Assembly: GCF_009914755.1 (NCBI RefSeq)
Contig: NC_060925.1
Strand: one strand, 5' to 3'
DNA: 64,000 nt
Source: the human T2T-CHM13v2.0 reference genome, Homo sapiens
Below are positions 13,880 through 28,850 of this stretch, in pieces (the stretch's first letter is position 1; every line of letters begins with the position of its first letter). Below the pieces are notes generated by a model. That model ran no database searches. It was not told where the DNA came from and worked only from the letters and a program-made list of their open reading frames with translations. A program made the translations under genes and the position numbers.

Positions 13880-15354
13880 TTATGATCAAATGGAATCGAA
13901 TATAATCATCATCAAATGGAATCAAAAATAACCATCATCAATTGGTATTGAATGGAATTCTCATCAAATGGAATTCAAAGGAATCATCATCAAATGGAAC
14001 TGAATGGAATCCTCATTGAATGGAAATGAAAGGGGTCATCATCTAATGGAATCGCAGGGAATCATCATCAAATGGAATCGAATGGAATCATCATCAAATG
14101 GAATCTGATGGAATCATTGAACAGAATTGAATGGAATCGTCATCGAATGAATTGAATGCAATCATCGAATGGTCTCGAATGTAATCACATTCTAATGGAA
14201 AGGAATGGAATCATCGCATAGAATCGAATGGAATTAACATTGAATGGACTCGAATGGAATCAACATCAAACGGAATCAAGCGGAATTATCGAATGGAATC
14301 GAAGAGAAACATCGAATGGTCTCGAATGGAATCATCTTCTAATGGAAAGGAATGGAATCATCGCATAGAATCGAATGTAATTAACATTGAATGGACTCGA
14401 ATGGAATCAACATCAAATGGAATCAAGCGGAATTATCGAATGAAATTGAAGAGAATCATCGAATGGACTCGAATGGAATCATCTAATGGAATGGAATGGA
14501 ATAATCCACGGACTCGAATGCAATCATCATCGTATAAAATCGAATGGTATCATCGAATGGACTCGAATGGAATAATCATTGAACGGAATCGAATGGAATC
14601 ATCATCGGATGGAAATGAATGGAATCATCATCGAATGGAATCCAATAGAATTATGGAATGAAATCCAGTGTGATCATCATCGAATGGACCCGAATGGAAT
14701 CATCATCCAACGGAAGCTAATGGAATCAACATCGAATGAATCAAATGGAAACATCATCGAATTGAAACGAATGGAATTATCATGAAATTGAAATGGATGG
14801 ACTCATCATCGAATGGATTCGAATGGAATCATCGAATAAAATTGATTGAAATCATCATCGAATGGAATCGAATGGTATCATTGAATGGAATCGAATGGAA
14901 TCATCATCAGATGGAAATGAATGGAATCGTCATAGAATGGAATCGAATGGATTCATTGAATGGAATCAGATGGAATCATCGAATGGACTGGAATGGAATC
15001 ATTGAATGGACTCGAAAGGGAGCATGATTGAATGGAATTGAATGGAATCATCGAATGGTCTCGATTGGAATCATTATCAAATGGAATCGAATGGAATCAC
15101 CGAATAGAATCGAATGGAACAATCATCGAATGGACTCAAATGGAATTATCCTCAAATGGAATCGAATGGAATTATCGAATGCAATCGAATGGAATTATCG
15201 AATGCAATCGAATAGAATCATCGAATGGACTCGAATGGAATCATCGAATGGAATGGAATGGAACAGTCAATGAACTCGAATGGAATCATCATTGAATGGA
15301 ATCGAATGGAATCATCATCAAATGGAATCTAATGGAATCATTGAACAGAATTGA
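13880..15354 (+). repeat. Diverged variant unit copy 1 (single module with 147 bp duplication) followed by a 231 bp deletion
   Basis: 'cggaatcaagcggaattatcg' and a near-copy 147 bp later (ORF repeat at 14254 and 14401). Spacing 14131 to 15355 is 1224 = 1455-231. Confidence 0.88.
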
Positions 15355-16417
15355 ATGGAATCGTCATCGAATGAATTGAATGCAATCATCGAATGGTCTC
15401 GAATGGAATCATCTTCTAATGGAAAGGAATGGAATCATCGCATAGAATCGAATGGAATTATCATCGAATGGAATCGAATGGTATCAACACCAAACGGAAA
15501 AAAACGGAATTATCGAATGGAATCGAAGAGAATCTTCGAACGGACCCGAATGGAATCATCTAATGGAATGGAATGGAATAATCCATGGACTCGAATGCAA
15601 TCATCATCGAATGGAATCGAATGGAATCATCGAATGGACTCGAATGGAATAATCATTGAACGGAATCGAATGGAATCATCATCGGATGGAAACGAATGGA
15701 ATCATCATCGAATGGAAATGAAAGGAGTCATCATCTAATGGAATTGCATGGAATCATCATAAAATGGAATCGAATGGAATCAACATCAAATGGAATCAAA
15801 TGGAATCATTGAACGGAATTGAATGGAATCGTCATCGAATGAATTGACTGCAATCATTGAATGGTCTCGAATGGAATCATCTTCAAATGGAATGGAATGG
15901 AATCATCGCATAGAATCGAATGGAATTATCATCGAATGGAATCGAATGGAATCAACATCAAACGGAAAAAAACGGAATTATCGAATGGAATCGAAGAGAA
16001 TCATCGAATGGACCCGAATGGAATCATCTAATGGAATGGAATGGAATAATCCATGGACTCGAATGCAATCATCATCGAATGGAATCGAATGGAATCATCG
16101 AATGAACTCGAATGGAATCATCATTGAATGGAATCGAATGGAATCATCGAGTGGAATCGAATGGAATTATGATCAAATGGAATCGAATGTAATCATCATC
16201 AAATGGAATCAAAAATAACCATCATCAATTGGTATTGAATGGAATTCTCATCAAATGGAATTCAAAGGAATCATCATCAAATGGAACTGAATGGAATCCT
16301 CATTGAATGGAAATGAAAGGGGTCATCATCTAATGGAATCGCAGGGAATCATCATCAAATGGAATCGAATGGAATCATCATCAAATGGAATCTGATGGAA
16401 TCATTGAACAGAATTGA
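15355..16417 (+). repeat. 1063 bp variant unit (713 bp deletion), copy 1
   Basis: Module B joins the unit end directly via 'ggaatcatcgaatgaactcgaatggaatcatcattg' at ~16100. Spacing is 1063. Confidence 0.9.
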
Positions 16418-17900
16418 ATTGAATCGTCATCGAATGAATTGAATGCAATCATCGAATGGTCTCGAATGTAATCACATTCTAATGGAAAGGAATGGAATCA
16501 TCGCATAGAATCGAATGGAATTAACATTGAATGGACTCGAATGGAATCAACATCAAACGGAATCAAGCGGAATTATCGAATGGAATCGAAGAGAATCATC
16601 GAATGGTCTCGAATGGAATCATCTTCTAATGGAAAGGAATGGAATCATCGCATAGAATCGAATGTAATTAACATTGAATGGACTCGAATGGAATCAACAT
16701 CAAATGGAATCAAGCGGAATTATCGAATGAAATTGAAGAGAATCATCGAATGGACTCGAATGGAATCATCTAATGGAATGGAATGGAATAATCCACGGAC
16801 TCGAATGCAATCATCATCGTATAAAATCGAATGGAATCATCGAATGGACTCGAATGGAATAATCATTGAACGGAATCGAATGGAATCATCATCGGATGGA
16901 AATGAATGGAATCATCATCGAATGGAATCCAATAGAATTATGGAATGAAATCCAGTGTGATCATCATCGAATGGACCCGAATGGAATCATCATCCAACGG
17001 AAGCTAATGGAATCAACATCGAATGAATCAAATGGAAACATCATCGAATTGAAACGAATGGAATTATCATGAAATTGAAATGGATGGACTCATCATCGAA
17101 TGGATTCGAATGGAATCATCGAATAAAATTGATTGAAATCATCATCCAATGGAATCGAATGGTATCATTGAATGGAATCGAATGGAATCATCATCAGATG
17201 GAAATGAATGGAATCGTCATAGAATGGAATCGAATGGATTCATTGAATGGAATCAGATGGAATCATCGAATGGACTGGAATGGAATCATTGAATGGACTC
17301 GAAAGGGAGCATGATTGAATGGAATTGAATGGAATCATCGAATGGTCTCGATTGGAATCATTATCAAATGGAATCGAATGGAATCACCGAATAGAATCGA
17401 ATGGAACAATCATCGAATGGACTCAAATGGAATTATCCTCAAATGGAATCGAATGGAATTATCGAATGCAATCGAATGGAATTATCGAATGCAATCGAAT
17501 AGAATCATCGAATGGACTCGAATGGAATCATCGAATGGAATGGAATGGAATGGAACAGTCAATGAACTCGAATGGAATCATCGAATGAACTCGAATGGAA
17601 TCATCATTGAATGGAATCGAATGGAATCATCGAGTGGAATCGAATGGAATTATGATCAAATGGAATCGAATGTAATCATCATCAAATGGAATCAAAAATA
17701 ACCATCTTCAATTGGTATTGAATGGAATTGTCATCAAATGGAATTCAAAGGAATCATCATCAAATGGAACCGAATGGAATCCTCATTGAATGGAAATGAA
17801 AGGGGTCATCATCTAATGGAATCGCATGGAATCATCATCAAATGGAATCGAATAGAATCATCATCAAATGGAATCTAATGGAATCATTGAACAGAATTGA
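16240..17900 (+). repeat. Diverged variant unit copy 2 (1483 bp = 1455+5+23)
   Basis: Same diagnostic SNV set and 147 bp duplication (ORF 16541..16948), plus an extra GGAAT and an extra 23 bp at ~17540-17600. Confidence 0.88.
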
Positions 17901-20900
17901 ATGGAATCGTCATCGAATGAATTGAATGCAATCATCGAATGGTCTCGAATGGAATCATCTTCTAATGGAAAGGAATGGAATCATCGCATAGAATCGAATG
18001 GAATTATCATCGAATGGAATCGAATGGTATCAACACCAAACGGAAAAAAACGGAATTATCGAATGGAATCGAAGAGAATCTTCGAACGGACCCGAATGGA
18101 ATCATCTAATGGAATGGAATGGAATAATCCATGGACTCGAATGCAATCATCATCGAATGGAATCGTGTGGAATCATCGAATGGACTCGAATGGAATAATC
18201 ATTGAACGGAATCGAATGGAATCATCATCGGATGGAAACGAATGGAATCATCATCGAATGGAAATGAAAGGAGTCATCATCTAATGGAATTGCATGGAAT
18301 CATCATAAAATGGAATCGAATGGAATCAACATCAAATGGAATCAAATGGAATCATTGAACGGAATTGAATGGAATCGTCATCGAATGAATTGACTGCAAT
18401 CATCCAATGGTCTCGAATGGAATCATCTTCAAATGGAATGGAATGGAATCATCGCATAGAATCGAATGGAATTATCATCGAATGGAATCGAATGGAATCA
18501 ACATCAAACGGAAAAAAACGGAATTATCGAATGGAATCGAAGAGAATCATCGAATGGACCCGAATGGAATCATCTAATGGAATGGAATGGAATAATCCAT
18601 GGACTCGAATGCAATCATCATCGAATGGAATCGAATGGAATCATCGAATGGACTCGAATGGAATAATCATTGAACGGAAACGAATGGAATCATCATCGGA
18701 TGGAAATGAATGGAATCATCATGGAATGGAATCGAATAGAATTATGGAATGAAATCCAGTGTGATCATCATCGAATGGACCCGAATGGAATCATCATCCA
18801 ACGGAAGCTAATGGAATCAACATCGAATGAATCGAATGGAAACACCATCGAATTGAAACGAATGGAATTATCATGAAATTGAAATGGATGGACTCATCAT
18901 CGAATGGATTCGAATGGAATCATCGAATAAAATTGATTGAAATCATCATCCAATGGAATCGAATGGTATCGTTGAATGGAATCGAATGGAATCATCATCA
19001 GATGGAAATGAATGGAATCGTCATAGAATGGAATCGAATGGATTCATTGAATGGAATCAGATGGAATCATCGAATGGACTGGAATGGAATCATTGAATGG
19101 ACTCGAAAGGGATCATGATTGAATGGAATTGAATGGAATCATCGAATGGTCTCGATTGGAATCATTATCAAATGGAATCGAATGGAATCACCGAATAGAA
19201 TCGAATGGAACAATCATCGAATGGACTCAAATGGAATTATCCTCCAATGGAATCGAATGGAATTATCGAATGCAATCGAATGGAATTATCGAATGCAATC
19301 GAATAGAATCATCGAATGGACTCGAATGGAATCATCGAATGGAATAGAATGGAACAGTCAATGAACTCGAATGGAATCATCATTGAATGGAATCGAATGG
19401 AATCATCGAGTGGAATCGAATGGAATTATGATCAAATGGAATCGAATGTAATCATCATCAAATGGAATCAAAAATAACCATCATCAATTGGTATTGAATG
19501 GAATTGTCATCAAATGGAATTCAAAGGAATCATCATCAAATGGAACCGAATGGAATCCTCATTGAATGGAAATGAAAGGGGTCATCATCTAATGGAATCG
19601 CATGGAATCATCATCAAATGGAATCGAATGGAATCATCATCAAATGGAATCTAATGGAATCATTGAACAGAATTGAATGGAATCGTCATCGAATGAATTG
19701 AATGCAATCATCGAATGGTCTCGAATGGAATCATCTTCTAATGGAAAGGAATGGAATCATCGCTTAGAATCGAATGGAATTATCATCGAATGGAATCGAA
19801 TGGTATCAACACCAAACGGAAAAAAACGGAATTATCGAATGGAATCGAAGAGAATCTTCGAACGGACCCGAATGGAATCATCTAATGGAATGGAATGGAA
19901 TAATCCATGGACTCGAATGCAATCATCATCGAATGGAATCGAATGGAATCATCGAATGGACTCGAATGGAATAATCATTGAACGGAATCGAATGGAATCA
20001 TCATCGGATGGAAACGAATGGAATCATCATCGAATGGAAATGAAAGGAGTCATCATCTAATGGAATTGCATGGAATCATCATAAAATGGAATCGAATGGA
20101 ATCAACATCAAATGGAATCAAATGGAATCATTGAACGGAATTGAATGGAATCGTCATCGAATGAATTGACTGCAATCATCGAATGGTCTCGGAATCATCT
20201 TCAAATGGAATGGAATGGAATCATCGCATAGAATCGAATGGAATTATCATCGAATGGAATCGAATGGAATCAACATCAAACGGAAAAAAACGGAATTATC
20301 GAATGGAATCGAAGAGAATCATCGAATGGACCCGAATGGAATCATCTAATGGAATGGAATGGAATAATCCATGGACTCGAATGCAATCATCATCGAATGG
20401 AATCGAATGGAATCATCGAATGGACTCGAATGGAATAATCATTGAACGGAATCGAATGGAATCATCATCGGATGGAAATGAATGGAATCATCATCGAATG
20501 GAATCGAATACAATTATGGAATGAAATCCAGTGTGATCATCATCGAATGGACCCGAATGGAATCATCATCCAACGGAAGCTAATGGAATCAACATCGAAT
20601 GAATCGAATGGAAACACCATCGAATTGAAACGAATGGAATTATCATGAAATTGAAACGGATGGACTCATCATCGAATGGATTCGAATGGAATCATCGAAT
20701 AAAATTGATTGAAATCATCATCGAATGGAATCGAATGGTATCATTGAATGGAATCGAATGGAATCATCATCAGATGGAAATGAATGGAATCGTCATAGAA
20801 TGGAATCGAATGGATTCATTGAATGGAATCAGATGGAATCATCGAATGGACTGGAATGGAATCATTGAATGGACTCGAAAGGGATCATGATTGAATGGAA

Positions 20901-21422
20901 TTGAATGGAATCATCGAATGGTCTCGATTGGAATCATTATCAAATGGAATCGAATGGAATCACCGAATAGAATCGAATGGAACAATCATCGAATGGACTC
21001 AAATGGAATTATCCTCAAATGGAATCGAATGGAATTATCGAATGCAATCGAATGGAATTATCGAATGCAATCGAATAGAATCATCGAATGGACTCGAATG
21101 GAATCATCGAATGGAATGGAATGGAACAGTCAATGAACACGAATGGAATCATCATTGAATGGAATCGAATGGAATCATCGAGTGGAATCGAATGGAATTA
21201 TGATCAAATGGAATCGAATGTAATCATCATCAAATGGAATCAAAAATAACCATCATCAATTGGTATTGAATGGAATTGTCATCAAATGGAATTCAAAGGA
21301 ATCATCATCAAATGGAACCGAATGGAATCCTCATTGAATGGAAATGAAAGGGGTCATCATCTAATGGAATCGCATGGAATCATCATCAAATGGAATCGAA
21401 TGGAATCATTGAACAGAATTGA

Positions 21423-22485
21423 ATGGAATCGTCATCGAATGAATTGAATGCAATCATCGAATGGTCTCGAATGGAATCATCTTCTAATGGAAAGGAATGG
21501 AATCACCGCATAGAATCGAATGGAATTATCATCGAATGGAATCGAATGGTATCAACACCAAACGGAAAAAAACGGAATTATCGAATGGAATCGAAGAGAA
21601 TCTTCGAACGGACCCGAATGGAATCATCTAATGGAATGGAATGGAATAATCCATGGACTCGAATGCAATCATCATCGAATGGAATCGAATGGAATCATCG
21701 AATGGACTCGAATGGAATAATCATTGAACGGAATCGAATGGAATCATCATCGGATGGAAACGAATGGAATCATCATCGAATGGAAATGAAAGGAGTCATC
21801 ATCTAATGGAATTGCATGGAATCATCATAAAATGGAATCGAATGGAATCAACATCAAATGGAATCAAATGGAATCATTGAACGGAATTGAATGGAATCGT
21901 CATCGAATGAATTGACTGCAATCATCCAATGGTCTCGAATGGAATCATCTTCAAATGGAATGGAATGGAATCATCGCATAGAATCGAATGGAATTATCAT
22001 CGAATGGAATCGAATGGAATCAACATCAAACGGAAAAAAACGGAATTATCGAATGGAATCGAAGAGAATCATCGAATGGACCCGAATGGAATCATCTAAT
22101 GGAATGGAATGGAATAATCCATGGACTCGAATGCAATCATCATCGAATGGAATCGAATGGAATCATCGAATGAACTCGAATGGAATCATCATTGAATGGA
22201 ATCGAATGGAATCATCGAGTGGAATCGAATGGAATTATGATCAAATGGAATCGAATGTAATCATCATCAAATGGAATCAAAAATAACCATCATCAATTGG
22301 TATTGAATGGAATTGTCATCAAATGGAATTCAAAGGAATCATCATCAAATGGAACCGAATGGAATCCTCATTGAATGGAAATGAAAGGGGTCATCATCTA
22401 ATGGAATCGCATGGAATCATCATCAAATGGAATCGAATGGAATCATCATCAAATGGAATCTAATGGAATCATTGAACAGAATTGA
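21423..22485 (+). repeat. 1063 bp variant unit, copy 2
   Basis: Same junction at ~22170. Spacing 21423 to 22486. Confidence 0.9.
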
Positions 22486-25400
22486 ATGGAATCGTCATCG
22501 AATGAATTGAATGCAATCATCGAATGGTCTCGAATGGAATCATCTTCTAATGGAAAGGAATGGAATCATCGCATAGAATCGAATGGAATTATCATCGAAT
22601 GGAATCGAATGGTATCAACACCAAACGGAAAAAAACGGAATTATCGAATGGAATCGAAGAGAATCTTCGAACGGACCCGAATGGAATCATCTAATGGAAT
22701 GGAATGGAATAATCCATGGACTCGAATGCAATCATCATCGAATGGAATCGAATGGAATCATCGAATGGACTCGAATGGAATAATCATTGAACGGAATCGA
22801 ATGGAATCATCATCGGATGGAAACGAATGGAATCATCATCGAATGGAAATGAAAGGAGTCATCATCTAATGGAATTGCATGGAATCATCATAAAATGGAA
22901 TCGAATGGAATCAACATCAAATGGAATCAAATGGAATCATTGAACGGAATTGAATGGAATCGTCATCGAATGAATTGACTGCAATCATCGAATGGTCTCG
23001 AATGGAATCATCTTCAAATGGAATGGAATGGAATCATCGCATAGAATCGAATGGAATTATCATCGAATGGAATCGAATGGAATCAACATCAAACGGAAAA
23101 AAACGGAATTATCGAATGGAATCGAAGAGAATCATCGAATGGACCCGAATGGAATCATCTAATGGAATGGAATGGAATAATCCATGGACTCGAATGCAAT
23201 CATCATCGAATGGAATCGAATGGAATCATCGAATGGACTCGAATGGAATAATCATTGAACGGAAACGAATGGAATCATCATCGGATGGAGATGAATGGAA
23301 TCATCATCGAATGGAATCGAATAGAATTATGGAATGAAATCCAGTGTGATCATCATCGAATGGACCCGAATGGAATCATCATCCAACGGAAACTAATGGA
23401 ATCAACATCGAATGAATCGAATGGAAACACCATCGAATTGAAACGAATGGAATTATCATGAAATTGAAATGGATGGACTCATCATCGAATGGATTCGAAT
23501 GGAATCATCGAATAAAATTGATTGAAATCATCATCGAATGGAATCGAATGGTATCATTGAATGGAATCGAATGGAATCATCATCAGATGGAAATGAATGG
23601 AATCGTCATAGAATGGAATCGAATGGATTCATTGAATGGAATCAGATGGAATCATCGAATGGACTGGAATGGAATCATTGAATGGACTCGAAAGGGATCA
23701 TGATTGAATGGAATTGAATGGAATCATCGAATGGTCTCGATTGGAATCATTATCAAATGGAATCGAATGGAATCACCGAATAGAATCGAATGGAACAATC
23801 ATCGAATGGACTCAAATGGAATTATCCTCAAATGGAATCGAATGGAATTATCGAATGCAATCGAATGGAATTATCGAATGCAATCGAATAGAATCATCGA
23901 ATGGACTCGAATGGAATCATCGAATGGAATGGAATGGAACAGTCAATGAACTCGAATGGAATCATCATTGAATGGAATCGAATGGAATCATCGAGTGGAA
24001 TCGAATGGAATTATGATCAAATGGAATCGAATGTAATCATCATCAAATGGAATCAAAAATAACCATCATCAATTGGTATTGAATGGAATTGTCATCAAAT
24101 GGAATTCAAAGGAATCATCATCAAATGGAACCGAATGGAATCCTCATTGAATGGAAATGAAAGGGGTCATCATCTAATGGAATCGCATGGAATCATCATC
24201 AAATGGAATCGAATGGAATCATTGAACAGAATTGAATGGAATGGTCATCGAATGAATTGAATGCAATCATCGAATGGTCTCGAATGGAATCATCTTCTAA
24301 TGGAAAGGAATGGAATCATCGCATAGAATCGAATGGAATTATCATCGAATGGAATCGAATGGTATGAACACCAAACGGAAAAAAACGGAATTATCGAATG
24401 GAATCGAAGAGAATCTTCGAACGGACCCGAATGGAATCATCTAATGGAATGGAATGGAATAATCCATGGACTCGAATGCAGTCATCATCGAATGGAATCG
24501 AATGGAATCATTGAATGGACTCGAATGGAATAATCATTGAACGGAATCGAATGGAATCATCATCGGATGGAAACGAATGGAATCATCATCGAATGGAAAT
24601 GAAAGGAGTCATCATCTAATGGAATTGCATGGAATCATCATAAAATGGAATCGAATGGAATCAACATCAAATGGAATCAAATGGAATCATTGAACGGAAT
24701 TGAATGGAATCGTCATCGAATGAATTGACTGCAATCATCCAATGGTCTCGAATGGAATCATCTTCAAATGGAATGGAATGGAATCATCGCATAGAATCGA
24801 ATGGAATTATCATCGAATGGAATCGAATGGAATCAACATCCAACGGAAAAAAACGGAATTATCGAATGGAATCGAAGAGAATCATCGAATGGACCCGAAT
24901 GGAATCATCTAATGGAATGGAATGGAATAATCCATGGACTCGAATGCAATCATCATCGAATGGAATCGAATGGAATCATCGAATGGACTCGAATGGAATA
25001 ATCATTGAACGGAATCGAATGGAATCATCATCGGATGGAAATGAATGGAATCATCATCGAATGGAATCGAATAGAATTATGGAATGAAATCCAGTGTGAT
25101 CATCATCGAATGGACCCGAATGGAATCATCATCCAACGGAAGCTAATGGAATCAACATCGAATGAATCGAATGGAAACACCATCGAATTGAAACGAATGG
25201 AATTATCATGAAATTGAAATGGATGGACTCATCATCGAATGGATTCGAATGGAATCATCGAATAAAATTGATTGAAATCATCATCGAATGGAATCGAATG
25301 GTATCATTGAATGGAATCGAATGGAATCATCATCAGATGGAAATGAATGGAATCGTCATAGAATGGAATCGAATGGATTCATTGAATGGAATCAGATGGA

Positions 25401-27787
25401 ATCATCGAATGGACTGGAATGGAATCATTGAATGGACTCGAAAGGGATCATGATTGAATGGAATTGAATGGAATCATCGAATGGTCTCGATTGGAATCAT
25501 TATCAAATGGAATCGAATGGAATCACCGAATAGAATCGAATGGAACAATCATCGAATGGACTCAAATGGAATTATCCTCCAATGGAATCGAATGGAATTA
25601 TCGAATGCAATCGAATGGAATTATCGAATGCAATCGAATAGAATCATCGAATGGACTCGAATGGAATCATCGAATGGAATGGATTGGAACAGTCAATGAA
25701 CTCGAATGGAATCATCATTGAATGGAATCGAATGGAATCATCGAGTGGAATCGAATGGAATTATGATCAAATGGAATCGAATGTAATCATCATCAAATGG
25801 AATCAAAAATAACCATCATCAATTGGTATTGAATGGAATTGTCATCAAATGGAATTCAAAGGAATCATCATCAAATGGAACCGAATGGAATCCTCATTGA
25901 ATGGAAATGAAAGGGGTCATCATCTAATGGAATCGCATGGAATCATCATCAAATGGAATCGAATGGAATCATCATCAAATGGAATCTAATGGAATCATTG
26001 AACAGAATTGAATGGAATCGTCATCGAATGAATTGAATGCAATCATCGAATGGTCTCGAATGGAATCATCTTCTAATGGAAAGGAATGGAATCATCGCAT
26101 AGAATCGAATGGAATTATCATCGAATGGAATCGAATGGTATCAACACCAAACGGAAAAAAACGGAATTATCGAATGGAATCGAAGAGAATCTTCGAACGG
26201 ACCCGAATGGAATCATCTAATGGCATGGAATGGAATAATCCATGGACTCGAATGCAATCATCATCGAATGGAATCGAATGGAATCATCGAATGGACTCGA
26301 ATGGAATAATCATTGAACGGAATCGAATGGAATCATCATCGGATGGAAACGAATGGAATCATCATCGAATGGAAATGAAAGGAGTCATCATCTAATGGAA
26401 TTGCATGGAATCATCATAAAATGGAATCGAATGGAATCAACATCAAATGGAATCAAATGGAATCATTGAACGGAATTGAATGGAATCCTCATCGAATGAA
26501 TTGACTGCAATCATCCAATGGTCTCGAATGGAATCATCTTCAAATGGAATGGAATGGAATCATCGCATAGAATCGAATTGAATTATCATCGAATGGAATC
26601 GAATGGAATCAACATCAAACGGAAAAAAACGGAATTATCGAATGGAATCGAAGAGAATCATCGAATGGACCCGAATGGAATCATCTAATGGAATGGAATG
26701 GAATAATCCATGGACTCGAATGCAATCATCATCGAATGGAATCAAATGGAATCATCGAATGGACTCGAATGGAATAATCATTGAACGGAATCGAATGGAA
26801 TCATCATCGGATGGAAATGAATGGAATCATCATCGAATGGAATCGAATAGAATTATGGAATGAAATCCAGTGTGATCATCATCGAATGGACCCGAATGGA
26901 ATCATCATCCAACGGAAGCTAATGGAATCAACATCGAATGAATCAAATGGAAACACCATCGAATTGAAACGAATGGAATTATCATGAAATTGAAATGGAT
27001 GGACTCATCATCGAATGGATTCGAATGGAATCATCGAATAAAATTGATTGAAATCATCATCCAATGGAATCGAATGGTATCATTGAATGGAATCGAATGG
27101 AATCATCATCAGATGGAAATGAATGGAATCGTCATAGAATGGAATCGAATAGATTCATTGAATGGAATCAGATGGAATCATCGAATGGACTGGAATGGAA
27201 TCATTGAATGGACTCGAAAGGGATCATGATTGAATGGAATTGAATGGAATCATCTAATGGTCTCGATTGGAATCATTATCAAATGGAATCGAATGGAATC
27301 ACCGAATAGAATCGAATGGAACAATCATCGAATGGACTCAAATGGAATTATCCTCAAATGGAATCGAATGGAATTATCGAATGCAATCGAATGGAATTAT
27401 CGAATGCAATCGAATAGAATCATCGAATGGACTCGAATGGAATCATCGAATGGAATGGAATGGAACAGTCAATGAACTCGAATGGAATCATCATTGAATG
27501 GAATCGAATGGAATCATCGAGTGGAATCGAATGGAATTATGATCAAATGGAATCGAATGTAATCATCATCAAATGGAATCAAAAATAACCATCATCAATT
27601 GGTATTGAATGGAATTGTCATCAAATGGAATTCAAAGGAATCATCATCAAATGGAACCGAATGGAATCCTCATTGAATGGAAATGAAAGGGGTCATCATC
27701 TAATGGAATCGCATGGAATCATCATCAAATGGAATCGAATGGAATCATCATCAAATGGAATCTAATGGAATCATTGAACAGAATTGA

Positions 27788-28850
27788 ATGGAATCGTCAT
27801 CGAATGAATTGAATGCAATCATCGAATGGTCTCGAATTGAATCATCTTCTAATGGAAAGGAATGGAATCATCGCATAGAATCGAATGGAATTATCATCGA
27901 ATGGAATCGAATGGTATCAACACCAAACGGAAAAAAACGGAATTATCGAATGGAATCGAAGAGAATCTTCGAACGGACCCGAATGGAATCATCTAATGGA
28001 ATGGAATGGAATAATCCATGGACTCGAATGCAATCATCATCGAATGGAATCGAATGGAATCATCGAATGGACTCGAATGGAATAATCATTGAACGGAATC
28101 GAATGGAATCATCATCGGATGGAAACGAATGGAATCATCATCGAATGGAAATGAAAGGAGTCATCATCTAATGGAGTTGCATGGAATCATCATAAAATGG
28201 AATCGAATGGAATCAACATCAAATGGAATCAAATGGAATCATTGAACGGAATTGAATGGAATCGTCATCGAATGAATTGACTGCAATCATCGAATGGTCT
28301 CGAATGGAATCATCTTCAAATGGAATGGAATGGAATCATCGCATAGAATCGAATGGAATTATCATCGAATGGAATCGAATGGAATCAACATCAAACGGAA
28401 AAAAACGGAATTATCGAATGGAATCGAAGAGAATCATCGAATGGACCCGAATGGAATCATGTAATGGAATGGAATGGAATAATCAATGGACTCGAATGCA
28501 ATCATCATCGAATGGAATCGAATGGAATCATCGAATGAACTCGAATGGAATCATCATTGAATGGAATCGAATGGAATCATCGAGTGGAATCGAATGGAAT
28601 TATGATCAAATGGAATCGAATGTAATCATCATCAAATGGAATCAAAAATAACCATCTTCAATTGGTATTGAATGGAATTGTCATCAAATGGAATTCAAAG
28701 GAATCATCATCAAATGGAACCGAATGGAATCCTCATTGAATGGAAATGAAAGGGGTCATCATCTAATGGAATCGCATGGAATCATCATCAAATGGAATCG
28801 AATGGAATCATCATCAAATGGAATCTAATGGAATCATTGAACAGAATTGA
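27788..28850 (+). repeat. 1063 bp variant unit, copy 3
   Basis: Same junction at ~28535. Spacing 27788 to 28851. Confidence 0.9.
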
